Made by a program: the position numbers and the translations under genes. The notes beneath the pieces are model-generated. The model did no database searches. It saw only the letters and a program-made list of their open reading frames with translations, and was not told the origin of the DNA. A stretch of DNA of 63,538 nt, the filler included, from Welwitschia mirabilis (lineage: Eukaryota), in NCBI GenBank assembly GCA_051453625.1. It is 5 parts of one record of this genome, joined end to end, with 100 filler letters (N's around TTAATTAATTAA, not from the genome) between each part and the next. Parts side by side here need not be neighbours in the genome. Positions count along the whole stretch, not along the records: positions 39,337 to 53,505 come from JBOZIK010000001.1; 4 more parts are not named here. One strand, 5' to 3'. Positions 39,337 to 52,261 of the stretch are shown in pieces; the first letter of the stretch is position 1; every line of letters begins with the position of its first letter.

Positions 39337-39708
39337 TATTTTATCCTCTTTTTGTTCCCTTCAAAACTTGGAGAAAGAAATGTGGTATATTGACTCTTTG
39401 CCCTTGGTCTAAGGCTTTAAGAAAGAGAAAGTGAATACCTGCTAGCTTAGCTTAGAAGTGTAGCTAGATTGGACAAAGTATTTGTCTATAGTGTCTGCCC
39501 CCAGATCCCATGGGGGTGGTAGAGCACTTTTGTGGATGTGGGCACTTGACAATTTAGGGATACTGGGTAGGAAAAGGTGTTGAGCTTCCCACTGTCCCCT
39601 AGCATCAATGGGGATTCTTTCTCCCTCCGTTGACATCTCGAGATCCCTTGCCATTGCTTCCTCTGTGAGCAGGATTTTTACTCTTTTGAACTTCGTTGAG
39701 TCTCTTTT

Positions 39709-42700
39709 CTAGTTCTTGAAAAATGGGACAATATCTGTCTCCAGTTCCCCTTCAGTTTCTACATAAGAGGTTCTCATCCTATTGCCTACACTTTCTACTG
39801 GCTTCAAAGAGGGTTGGTGTATCTGGATAACGGAAGCTAAGTATCTGAAAGTAGCTATGAGGTAGGAGTTGGCAAGGATGACTTTTGCTTTTGAGGATAG
39901 TAATTTGTTCGTCCGTGTACTGCATTTCCTTTGGATGTTCTCATTTATATGCTTCCAAGTTTGGTTTTTATTCCAATGCCACAATGGAATCTCTAAATAA
40001 ATATCACCAGCTTCCCCCTCTTTGGCTTTCAAGATCTAGATGATACTGGCCCTACGCATGATGTTTGGCCCTATCAAGTGGATTTTTGTCGTATTCCAGT
40101 TTACTCTTAGGCCCCTAGCTTTGCTGAACAACTCCATTGTGTTTTTTATGGCTTTGGCTTACTGACAAGATGCTTGAATCATTATAATTGTATCATCTGC
40201 ATAATGATTGATAATGAATGTTTATTCCCTGATCTTGTTTCCTTTAATACTGCTTCTTTTTAACATTTCCTAAAAAACATCCACAACAAACAAAAATAGG
40301 TAAGGAGATAATAAGTCTTCTTGTTTGAGGCCTCGACCTACTATGAAATACTCAAATCTACTACCATTGATCTCTAGGTAGAATTCGGCTGAGGCCTACA
40401 TGTCCATCCATAGGTTTACCATGTCTTCTATAAACCCAGTTTTCCTGAGGATAGTTCCTAGCGCATTCCAGCTAACTATGTCATAGGCCTTAGCTATATC
40501 GATCTTGGTAACATTAGAGGAAATTTATGCTTTTTAAGAGAATCTATAATCTCATGAGTAAGTAAAATTTGGTCTTGTATTTATCTTGAGTGGATGAAGC
40601 CAACTTAGTTTGGAGAGATGACCTTCGGCAGTAGAGGGGCGAAACGACCAACCATTATCTTTGCAAAAATCTTATAAAGCACATTACATATTCTACTTGA
40701 TATGTAATCCTCAAACTACTGACGTCCATCTTTTTCGGAATAAGGACTTTCTAATTCTATTCATCTCAGTAGGGATTCTTTTGCTTGTGAATATCTTTTG
40801 CATAACATCTTGAATGTTTTCACCAAGGATGGGAAAATAGACTTTCAAAAGTTTTATGGGCCAACCGTTAGGTCTAAAGGCTTTGTTATTTTTCATAGAT
40901 TTAATGGCTTGTTTTACTTTTTCCTTGTTGATGGGCTTACTCAATTCTTCATTTTCCTCTTTAGTAACTTTGTTGGGAATGTGTAATAGCTCAAGGACGA
41001 TATCCTCCCACTTTGAAATTGTTTTAAGGTGCCTCTTCATTTCTAAACCGATTTCCTCTTCATTTTCCAATAATCTATCTCCTACCTTGAGCTTTTTATT
41101 CGTATTGTACATCCTATGCTGACGCCTGGTGGAAGAAAAAATTTGTCTGTCACCTTCTTGTGGCCAGTGGATTCTTGATCTTTCTTTCCAGTATTGCTCT
41201 TCATCTGCAGNNNNNNNNNNNNNNNNNNNNNNNNNNNNNNNNNNNNNNNNNNNNNNNNNNNNNNNNNNNNNNNNNNNNNNNNNNNNNNNNNNNNNNNNNN
41301 NNNNNNNNNNNNNNNNNNNNNNNNNNNNNNNNNNNNNNNNNNNNNNNNNNNNNNNNNNNNNNNNNNNNNNNNNNNNNNNNNNNNNNNNNNNNNNNNNNNN
41401 NNNNNNNNNNNNNNNNNNNNNNNNNNNNNNNNNNNNNNNNNNNNNNNNNNNNNNNNNNNNNNNNNNNNNNNNNNNNNNNNNNNNNNNNNNNNNNNNNNNN
41501 NNNNNNNNNNNNNNNNNNNNNNNNNNNNNNNNNNNNNNNNNNNNNNNNNNNNNNNNNNNNNNNNNNNNNNNNNNNNNNNNNNNNNNNNNNNNNNNNNNNN
41601 NNNNNNNNNNNNNNNNNNNNNNNNNNNNNNNNNNNNNNNNNNNNNNNNNNNNNNNNNNNNNNNNNNNNNNNNNNNNNNNNNNNNNNNNNNNNNNNNNNNN
41701 NNNNNNNNNNNNNNNNNNNNNNNNNNNNNNNNNNNNNNNNNNNNNNNNNNNNNNNNNNNNNNNNNNNNNNNNNNNNNNNNNNNNNNNNNNNNNNNNNNNN
41801 NNNNNNNNNNNNNNNNNNNNNNNNNNNNNNNNNTGTTTTGTCTGGATCTTTTAGAGCTCCCTTTCAATCTTTTTCCGACAGTTAAATTTCATTTTATCCC
41901 TCTTTTGCCAAAGCTTCGTATGATTTTTTAGGGTGTTTAGACCTATGTATAGAAATGTGAGGTGCCTAGTTTCATCCTAGTTTTGCTAGATGCTGTCTAC
42001 CGTGTTCCTTATTTCTTCTCTATCTGTCTAGTATCTTTCCATCTTGAAAGGGCATTTTGGGGTTGATTTTGTCCCTAAGTAAAACCTAACTGGTTCGTGA
42101 TTCGAAGCTATTCTGTTAAGGCCCCAGGCTTCTATTGATGTGTTGATTACCTCTCTTCTAGCCAAAATTCTGTCGATCTTGGACATGATCAGATTGTTTC
42201 CTCCCCTTCTATTTGACTAATGTGTATTTGTATTCTAGGATTGCGATATCTATTGAGTCTCCTTACACCATAAAATCCTTAAGGATTTTTGCTCCTTTGC
42301 TATTCCAATTACTTCCAACTGATTTCTTCTATCTATGGATACATTGGTTAAAATCGTCTGCCACTAGCCATCTGTTTTTGTTTGCAATAGTATTGAGCAA
42401 GTTCTTGTATTGTTGATTCTTGTCCATATCACCTTAGGGGTTGTAAATGTTTGTAATAATTCAATCCTCCTCCTTAAGATAGATCGAAATGTGACGAGGG
42501 CTTTTATTTATTAACTTGGCCTCCTTCTTTGTTAATATCATTAGCCCTGCTGATTTTCCTTGCGCTTTTGTGGCAAAAATGTTCTAGTCCTGCTAGTATC
42601 TCCTCATTTCCTTGTCATCACTCATTTTGGTTTCTTAAAGGCAAACTAACTTAATGTTATTTTTCACAATAATGTTTGCCAGGGTTTGTCTTTTATAGGG

Positions 42701-43800
42701 GGACCCAAGGCCCCTGCAACGCCATGTGAGGCAATACATTAGGTAGGTTTTCGCCCATTTTTGGCCACCCCCGATCCTTTGTTTAACGTTTCCTCTATCG
42801 TGGCTTGTGGGTTATTTGCCACGTTCTGTATGGTCTTCCTGTCTCTTATGATTCTGTTGTCTAGTCTCCCCTTAGTGTGTTGCTCTATGTCACTTGCTGT
42901 GTCTCATTTGATTGCACGTTATCCTCTCTTTGATTAGGTTACTGCTCTTCTTCTTCTCCTTTTGTGGTTAGAGACTGGAATGTGTTAAGATTTGGATTTT
43001 CCTTCTCTGTGCACTTTTTTGGAAAAGCCACAGTGCTCTTTTGAGCCCCTTTCTTTTTCTTCTTGTGCCAACAAGCTTAGGTCTTATGTCTTGATGTCGC
43101 ACAAAATGGGCATTCATCCTTCTTATGCCCTATGTCTACTGGACTCTTCCTGCATTCCTTCTTGGAGTGCCCTTTCTTCCCGTAGTGGGGGCATGACTTT
43201 TCTATCTTTGGACATCTATTTGGAGGGTGCCCTGATTTCCCACAAGTTCCATAGATGATTGGTAATTTTTCGGATTCGACTTTTAGGTTGCATTCTCCCC
43301 AGTTGGAGCGAAACCTAATGGATTGAATCTCCTTTGTCTTTTCTAGACTTGTCCAAACACAAAATCTAGCTCGTATCAATTGCGTTTGCTTTATGGTTAT
43401 TCTATCCAACTTAATGAGACCCCCAAATTGTGAGGCTATCTTTTTAAGGAGATCTTCATCCTAAAACTCTACTGAAAACCTAAGAATCCTTATCCAAATC
43501 GGTAATCTCTGAAGAGGGTTTCGGTCTGATTGCGCCCCTAGGGCCTATTTTGCCGAAGCGAGCCCTCTTACTCCAAAGAACCATAGGTCCCTAGTTATGA
43601 CTTCGTCTCTGTCATTTTCGTTATTGAACTAAAATAAAACTAGCCCATTCGGTAAAGCAATAACTTAGACTTTAGTGACTCCTATCCATTTAGTGGCCAC
43701 CCAATCCCTAATCAGGCTTAACCTCAGTCTTGGGCTAGAAGAAACAAATCTACTTATGAGACTGTATTGGAATCTTTTTTTCAATTTTTGTACATGCACT
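39709..43800 (-). mobile_element. Degenerate L1-type LINE (ORF1 DUF4283-like + zinc knuckles; ORF2 endonuclease + RT)
   Basis: ORF1 has ALPNGLVLF, LPIWIRI and ARFCV..EKLP plus CCHC knuckles (43070-43800). ORF2 starts MYCLTWRCRGLGSP at 42739 and includes SKIDRI..SNHEPV, KIDIAKAYD, RGLKQEDLLSPYLF and HYADDT (about 40190-40207). Confidence 0.92.
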
Positions 43801-46092
43801 ATAATCTATACCCAAGACTAGAGTGCTGTTGTCTCTAGAGAACTTGGCTTTCTTGATAGTCAGGTAGAGTCTTGAGTAGAAAAGGCCCTAAAAACGACAC
43901 AATGTGAAAGCTTAAACGAAGTCGCCCCTTACTTGGAAAATCTCCTGCTAGGACCTAAACCAAAATGACCCCCGTGTCCTGCAATCCCTTTGTCCTGCTG
44001 CTGTCGACACCCCTCTTCCAAGCTACTTCTGCACTTTACTACTTGCCTAGCGCTCTCCCTTGTTGGGGTTCCAAATCCCATGCTCAAAGATTTCTATTAT
44101 AACATTGTTTTCTCCTTTAAAAATCCATAACCGAATGCCTATGGGAAAAAGAGGGTAGGTTAATACATATGAGACAGGGGTGTTGTTGCCCAACTCTCGT
44201 ACCTCCTAGAATGATCCATTGACAAAAGACCAAGGAATGAAGTATGGGAATTCCCTCTCATAAATGTTACAAGAAAGGCATAAGTGATTTATAACATAGC
44301 CAAGCTGAGCTAAAAGCATAATATAGAGAAACTAAATTGTTGCGGTAATGCATATTTGTTTGGAGGCCAAATCAACAGAAAGTCCAATATAAGCAAAATC
44401 CTCCAGATTCAAGATTACAGCATTAAAAGCTAAATAAATACTATGGAGTGACAGCTAAAACCATGAAATTGTGATGTGAAAAGGCTAGAACCTGTTCAAA
44501 TGAGAGACCTTTGTCTTGATTACTTTTTTTGAAACATTGATGTTCATGGAACTTGTGAGATTTTCAAACCACTGATGTAAAATATCTTTTCTTAGTAGTT
44601 ATAGTAGGTTTCTAGCCATGTGCAGTGATGATGTCATCACATTATTATTCTCTTGCCGGACATCATCATTATTTCAGATCCAAAATACTTGAACTGTTTT
44701 GATCTTGCATTTTGGTATTTTTAAATTGTGTGCTATAGTATGTGTTAACACATCCCTTTTGGCTTTGTATTAGCTGCCTTTCTCTACGGGGCATGTTAGA
44801 CTTATTTCATTTCTGCTTTTGTTCGTTTTGGTGGAGTAATACAATAAAAGTGACTTTGCTTACAACTTTCCTCTCTCATGACTTATACTTAGAATGCAGT
44901 GTAGTATTGGCTAATCTAGCTATGTGTTGTGGACATTGGATGACGAGCTACTAATGCAAGCTATATTTTGTTAATTGTTAAAGTAGAAGGTAAATTAATT
45001 TCATTTAAATCTATAGTCTATTGTTCGAGTTTTGTGAGATGGGGAGCCAATGTCAAATCTAACCACAGTGTTGAGTTGAATGTGGTAGCTATACAATTAT
45101 AGTTAGTTTAATTAAAATAGATTATATTTTCAAAACACCATAAAGAGTCAAGTTGGAGATTTAAACCTAGAAGATAGAGACCTTGATGTGCCATAAGGCA
45201 TTAGACATTGAATTAGCCTGACTGCTTTTTAATGATTTAGATTTATTAGATTAGTTAGATTTTCATTACCATTGTTGTTGATATAAAAATATCAAAAAAA
45301 CATTATAAAATAACAAGATACCAAAAATGTGTTGATGTAAATTCCTTTCCTAGCCATGGAAAGGCACCTACATCCACTTTCCAGGGTGAGGTATCACTTG
45401 TCTTGGAAGGCTGCTCAAAACTAGGTACTCTAGATGAAGCTCTTATGGTATGGAGTATCTAGGATAGAGGGTAGAGCAAATGGGCTTAGACCTATTGAAA
45501 ACCTCATGGAAGGCAGTAGGCTAAGAAGAAGCCCAAAAAGGAAGACAAAGGAAAAGGGGAAGGAAGGACTACATAAGAAGGTGGTATCATTTAGGTCATT
45601 CTAGGGTATTCTAGGAAGGAGATTGGAGTAGACTTGTGAGATTGGAGAGTGGAGGTTCTAATGTTGGATTTCCTTCCAAAGTTGTAGATAGGCTTTTCCA
45701 CCAAGAGAAGGAGAAGGATACACCTAGAGGTGTTCTTCTTCTATTATAGTAAAGAACTTCTCGTTTTTTTTCATGAGGAGGAAGGGTTACCTAATAGAGG
45801 CTTCTTGTCACTTTTCACTCTTAGTGTGCCTACAAAGTAAGTTTTAGAGTTCAGAAAAGAGCAAGCTTTGTTAACTGTAAAGATGAAACTTGGTTGAAGA
45901 ACAAATTGGTAGATCTTCCAAGAGGAGAGGAGGAGTTAAATGGGCTCTATATTTGGCTCCCTTTTGCTAACTTTAGAAGGAGGAACTAAAAGAAGGAATG
46001 GATAACAAAAGAAAAGCTCTTCTTAGATGGAGAGGAGCTCGGGGTGGAGCTCGGAAAAAGAGCAACCTAATGATGATTCTACTAGCAAATAG

Positions 46093-49000
46093 CGTTGGGT
46101 ATGCACTCCACATGCCTAGCCCAACAAGTGTGTAAATATAAAGGGTTCCAATTTCCACCTAAATCATGGCTTTCGNNNNNNNNNNNNNNNNNNNNNNNNN
46201 NNNNNNNNNNNNNNNNNNNNNNNNNNNNNNNNNNNNNNNNNNNNNNNNNNNNNNNNNNNNNNNNNNNNNNNNNNNAAGTGTGTAAATATAACGGGTTCCA
46301 ATGTCCACCTAAATCATGGCTTTCGGGGTGATAGTAAAGGGCCTAACAATTGGTATTAGAGCACTAGGTTTGGAAATCACACCCTTTGGTGATAAGCTTT
46401 GTGTTCGTAAACCTTGCGAGCAGAGTGAAGCAGAGCAACCAGAGCGGAGCGAAGGTTGCAGAGCATAGCAGAGCGAGCGCGCTTGAAATGTTTTGGGTCT
46501 CCATACAACGCGTTTGACATCTGTTCGTATAGCTGTACAACTAAATGACGATGGAATGTTTGCAGATAAGCAACTGACTAATCAGAACTGAGAATTGGGG
46601 CGTGTGGAAGATTCTGATGGAGGACATCCTTTACCAGAAGGAATGTGATGTTGTTCTAAATACGGAAGCAGATGCGAAGGCAACATCTAGATTTTCTGAT
46701 GCAGAATGGCTAAAGAAGTACCTTGACGAAGAGTGGAGGAAACTTGACAGAAGGGCGCTTTCTTTGATTCAGCCGTGCCTTGGCAATGGGATTCTTCAAT
46801 CCCATAGTAAGATGTCTACAACAGCTGAATTGTGGCAGATTTTGATGCAGAGTTATGATCAACCTACTAGCATGAACCAATTTTATACTGTTAACAAGGT
46901 CTTCAAGATGAAGATGAAAGAAGGTGCGTCGCTGCACACCTGGACGAGATGAATGGGCTGTTCACACAGTTGGATGACTTGAGGGTAACGTTTGAAGACA
47001 ACCTAAGGGTAATCACGGTTCTTAGTTCCTTGGCTGATTCTTGGGGGACTATTCACACTACCCTGATGACTGCCTCAGAATCTATGCTGCGCCTAAATAC
47101 TGTAATTTCAAAACTTCTTGATGCATACAAGACTAAGGTTGTTGAGTCTATTGGAGAAGCCCTTGCCGTTCGTAGAGGACGTTCTCAGACTAGAGGAGGA
47201 GGATGTTGGCAAAGCAAGAGTAGAGAAAAATCCGTCAACAAAAGCATTGAATGTTGGCATTACAAGAAGAAAGGCCATCAACAAAAACAACTGCTACAGC
47301 CAAAAAAACAAGGCGTAAACAGAAGGAAGGAGGTAACCAGCAAAACTAGGAAGGAGGACAAGAGTTGAATGCAGAAGGAGATGTTGACATTGTGTTAATT
47401 GCAGATGCATAAGAGGTAAATGTTTCCCAGCACTCTTACTCTGATGTTTGGATTTTGGATTTTGGTGCTTCTTTTCGTATCTTGCCAGATGTTTCAATGT
47501 TCTCTTCATGTAACAAAGTTTCAGAGAAGTATGTGTATCTAGGGGATGATCGAGGTTGTGAGTTCAAAGGAATTGGGTCTCTAATGGTGCAAGGAAGTGA
47601 CGGCAAAAATTGTTTCCTTAGGATGTTAGACATGTGCTTTAACTTGCTAAAAGCTTAATCTCAGTAGGTCAATTAGATGCTGTTGGTTGTTCAGTCTTTT
47701 TTGGTGCAGATGGCTGGAATGTAACGAAAGGTGTCATGGTGCTGGCAGGAGGGCAAAAAGAAGGGAGCTTGTCCACTCTGCATGCGGATGTGGTAAAGGA
47801 GAGTGTTGCTGTTGCTGGCGATGAGGATGCATCTCTTTGGCATACGAGACTTGGTCATCTCAGTGAAACTGGCATGAAGGTTTCGAGTTCTAAAACCTTG
47901 CTTTCAAAGTTTTACTTTGTTTCTTTAGATTTCTGTAAGGATTGTGCTGTTGATAAATCTGTTTCTGAAAATAAAAGTATTGGAAAGTTAGATTTCGTTT
48001 ATTCCGATGTTGTTGGGCCTATGACAGTGACACCTTTTGGTGGAGCGTCGTATTTTGTTACTTTTANNNNNNNNNNNNNNNNNNNNNNNNNNNNNNNNNN
48101 NNNNNNNNNNNNNNNNNNNNNNNNNNNNNNNNNNNNNNNNNNNNNNNNNNNNNNNNNNNNNNNNNNNNNNNNNNNNNNNNNNNNNNNNNNNNNNNNNNNN
48201 NNNNNNNNNNNNNNNNNNNNNNNNNNNNNNNNNNNNNNNNNNNNNNNNNNNNNNNNNNNNNNNNNNNNNNNNNNNNNNNNNNNNNNNNNNNNNNNNNNNN
48301 NNNNNNNNNNNNNNNNNNNNNNNNNNNNNNNNNNNNNNNNNNNNNNNNNNNNNNNNNNNNNNNNNNNNNNNNNNNNNNNNNNNNNNNNNNNNNNNNNNNN
48401 NNNNNNNNNNNNNNNNNNNNNNNNNNNNNNNNNNNNNNNNNNNNNNNNNNNNNNNNNNNNNNNNNNNNNNNNNNNNNNNNNNNNNNNNNNNNNNNNNNNN
48501 NNNNNNNNNNNNNNNNNNNNNNNNNNNNNNNNNNNNNNNNNNNNNNNNNNNNNNNNNNNNNNNNNNNNNNNNNNNNNNNNNNNAGATAATCTTGGTTACA
48601 GATTGTGGGATCCAGTGGATAAAAGGGTGATTAGATCACGTGATGTAGTCTTTTGTGAACAACAAATATTTTACAAGTCACTAGAAGAGAACCAGAAGGA
48701 GGGAGTTCCTGATTCTAGCACTTTGCCAAAGCCTTTTAAGATTCTAGATCTCAATGAAGACAATAAAGATAGTAATCCTCCTGATGACAAGGACGAGGGA
48801 GATGAAGGCAATATACTTGAAATGCAGCAACCTAATCTTTCAAAAGATGGATGAAGGAGAGCCTCATGCTCTCGCATATTGGGTAAGAAGGTCTACTCAT
48901 CCTAATAGAGCACCTATTAGATATTCTCCGTCATGGCATTATATTTTGTAAACAGATAAAGGAGAACCTGAGACATACCAAGAAGCTGTTTTTTCACCTA

Positions 49001-50740
49001 ACTCAGAGAAGTAGAATGCTACAATGAAAGAAGAGTTGGATGCTTTAAGGCATAACAATACATGGGATGTGGTTCTCTTGCCAACTGGGAAACGTGCCTT
49101 GCCCAACAGATGGGTCTTCCAAGTAAAGGAAGAGGCAAATGGAAAGGAATGCTACAAGGCAAGATTGGTTGTAAAATGTTTTAGGCAGAAACCAGGTATT
49201 GAAATTTTTCCTTCAATGGTGAAGCATTCTTCTATTCCTGTTATCTTGTTCATTGTTGTTGTCTTGAATTTGGAAGTAGAGTAATTGGATATTAACACTG
49301 CTTTTCTGCATGGTGATCTTGAAGAAGAGATTTATAGGAAATTGCCTGAAGGTTTTGGAACCAAGGAGAAGAACATGGTCTGTAGGTTGAACAGAAGTTT
49401 GTATGGTCTGAAACAGGCACCGAGGCAATGNNNNNNNNNNCTGTTGTATGTTGATGATCTGCTTGTTCTTGGAAATAACATACAGGAAATTACGAGGCTG
49501 AAAAAAGAGATGGGAAAACACTTCGCAACCAAAGACTTGGGTCCTGCAAAATGGATTCTTGGAATGAAAATTTCTAGGGACAGATCATGTCGAAAGTTGT
49601 GGCTTAGTCAGTCCGATTACATTGGCAAAGTATTATAGTATTTTAACATAGCTGACTATAGACCAGTTGGAACACCATTGGCAAGTCACTTTCAATTATC
49701 TCTAAAGGATTGCCCAAAATAAAAGAAGAACAAGAAAGATTGGAAGTGGTTCCTTATGCTTCAGTTCTTGAAAGCTTGATGTATGCTATGGTTTGCATAA
49801 GACTAGATATTTCGTTTGCAGTGGGAGCTATCTCACGTTTCATGAGCAACCCTGGCCCAAAGCATTGGGAAGCTGTCAAATGGATCTTGTGCTATCTGTA
49901 AGGTACACAAAATTTAAGCTTGAGTTTTGGTTATACTAGATTGTATGCTGTTGGTTATGTGGATGATAAGTATGTTCAATGTCAAGATACAAGAAAGTCC
50001 ACTACTGGTTATGTTTTCTTGATGGGAGGTGCTCTTGTTAGTTGGATGTCTTGTTTGCAAAGAGATGTGGCTTTATCAACTACAGAAGTAGAGTACATAG
50101 CTATGGCAGAGGCAACTAAAGAAATGATCTAGCTAAGACGTCTACTTGAGTGGTTTAAGTTGAAACAATAGCAATATGTTATTTATTATGATGGTCAGAG
50201 TGCCATTCATTTGGCAAAGAATGCTGATTACCATGCTCAGACGAAGCACATTGATGTTAGCTACTACTTCATCAGGGAAGCATTGGAGGAGAAGAAGTCG
50301 AATGTTTACAAAATCCATACACAGGTGAATCTTGCAGATTTCTTGACCTAGGCTGTTACTGGAGATAAACATCAGTAGTGCTGTCATGACATAGACCTAG
50401 ACACGTGATCTAAGCAAGCTTGGAGAGCATTGCATCTTTGGAGATGCACTTGAAAAATGTGCTAAATTTGTCTTCAAGTGGGAGAATGTTGATATGTGAA
50501 GCCAAATTTATTTAGTCTGTAATGTCCCTAATGTTATGTTTTTGCATCGGTTCCACTTTAATATTGTTAAAGGTGGTTCCTATTTTAAAACCATCCTTAG
50601 GGGGTCTTAGGTAGGAGATGGGACATGTGTCAAGAGAAGGATGGTACCCTCTTTAGGGTTTTGGCTTAAAACCCTAATTGGTTGTAACACTTGGCCTATT
50701 TAATGGTGGTGTGAGGGTTGTTTGTATGAGAGACAGACAA
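46093..50740 (+). mobile_element. Degenerate near full-length Ty1/copia (Tnt1/Tork-like)
   Basis: LTR-like end cctaaca at 46348 and PBS tggtattagagc at 46351-46362. Gag, protease VWILDFGASF, LWHTRLGH, integrase (partly in a gap), RT LYVDDL..KDLG and RNaseH DTRKSTTGYVF..STTEVEY follow. PPT is at 50475-50486, and the 3' LTR starts at 50487 and appears truncated near 50740. Confidence 0.92.
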
Positions 50741-51246
50741 AGAGTTGATGGAGTTCTGAACCTTCCTTATAGACAAAGCAAGAGATGATGCTCTTTATTA
50801 CTATGGATGTTGAAGAAGACTAAAGTTGAATGGCTGAAATCAGGAAGATTATTGCTACTATCAATGAGAGTTGATGCTGTTACTCGAGAGATGGGATGAA
50901 AGGGGCCCATGCCTAAGGTGGGAATTGGGAGATGTTGTGGTTAGACAAGGGAGATGAAGGAAACTAGGGAGAAGAAGAAGAAGATGAGACGACTTCTAAA
51001 TGTAGGGACCTGAAGGTGGGTAGGAGAAAGGAAGAGATTGCACCCATTATCTGAGGGCAAAGAAGTGGTAATAGCAACGAAAGAAAGGAAGGAAATCTAG
51101 GTGATAATGGAGATTAAGGATTTAAGGCAGAAATTGGAGATGGCCTGTAATAGATGTGCATCTGAAGGAAGCAAGAGAGGTAGGGTGCTTGGATGGTCCT
51201 TAATGGTACTAGAGGGAGTCCTCTTACCAAAACAATAGGTCGCACC

Positions 51247-52261
51247 TGTTAGGAACGTAAAACACCCTAGATTCGGGGTGAATAGGGTTTTTAAACTTTA
51301 ACTAGAAAAAGGAAATACTAATCAGATCAAATAAACACAATATGAGAAACTTAAACAAAGCACAAAAAGAAACTACCAGATTTATAGTGGTTCGGCTCTC
51401 CAAGCCTACTCCACTCACAAGAGGCAGCACAAGCCTTCATCCTCTTGGTTCCTTTAAGCAGCAAAGTATATCAGTACATCCACCTTTGGCTAGGGCTACA
51501 GTTACACAACTTGCTCTTCCTTAAGCAGTCCAAAGAATGTTCAATATAAGCTTGATGAGGTATAAGCCTAAGAGCTCTGGTTCATTAGCATGAATTACAA
51601 TCGGAGAGAATAGAATGCAAAAGTTCAGTTTAGATCAGATCCGATTTACAATGGAATTCTGATTCAGATGTACAATGAGAAGAATTTTCAGAGTTCGGTA
51701 ACCATACAACAATCTTGAACTTGAACATATATTAGGGTTTTCTTTAGAGAAAAACCCTAAGGGTGCCTTGTCTAAGTTAGAGCACTATTGCCTTGCATCT
51801 CTTACCCGTTTGTGCTTTGAAAGGAGTGTGCAACGTTCATCTAAAGTGTTTCTCACGTGGCAACGGCTAGTTGAACAGATGTGCAGATAAAAAGTTGGAC
51901 GTCCCACTTTTAAAGATCTTCTTTGACAGGAAACTGAGACAAGGGTCGGACATCCCAGAAGAGATGCTTGGACATGCCCATACAAAAATCCAGTTTACAG
52001 GCCCAGACGTCCTGGGTTAAGGAGTCAGACGATCCAATACAAGAAACCATGTAAAGGTCCGGACGTCCCGAGTTAAGGGGCCGGACGTCTCAGTACATTT
52101 GGCTGCATACAGGTTTTGATGTCCCAGGCAAAGGACGAACGATTCATCATAATTGAAGCTTGCATTGAAATATTTTGATTTGCCTGTTAATATTCTTGAA
52201 CTGAGTCTGAGTTCCAGGTTGGGTTCTATTGCTTATCATTGAAATGGATCCTTACTCAACA
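51247..52261 (-). mobile_element. Solo LTR, Sirevirus-like
   Basis: TGTT...AACA termini with 5-bp TSD gcacc (51242-51246) / acacc (52262-52266). Terminal motif cctagattcggggtgaatag is the reverse complement of an attcacccc..ctagg-type end, and a cluster of GGACGTCC-derived palindromes lies at about 51895-52140. Confidence 0.8.

Noticed and set aside
44625..44680. Box C/D snoRNA (GTGATGA)
   Set aside because: There is no suitably placed downstream CTGA D box or terminal stem on either strand.
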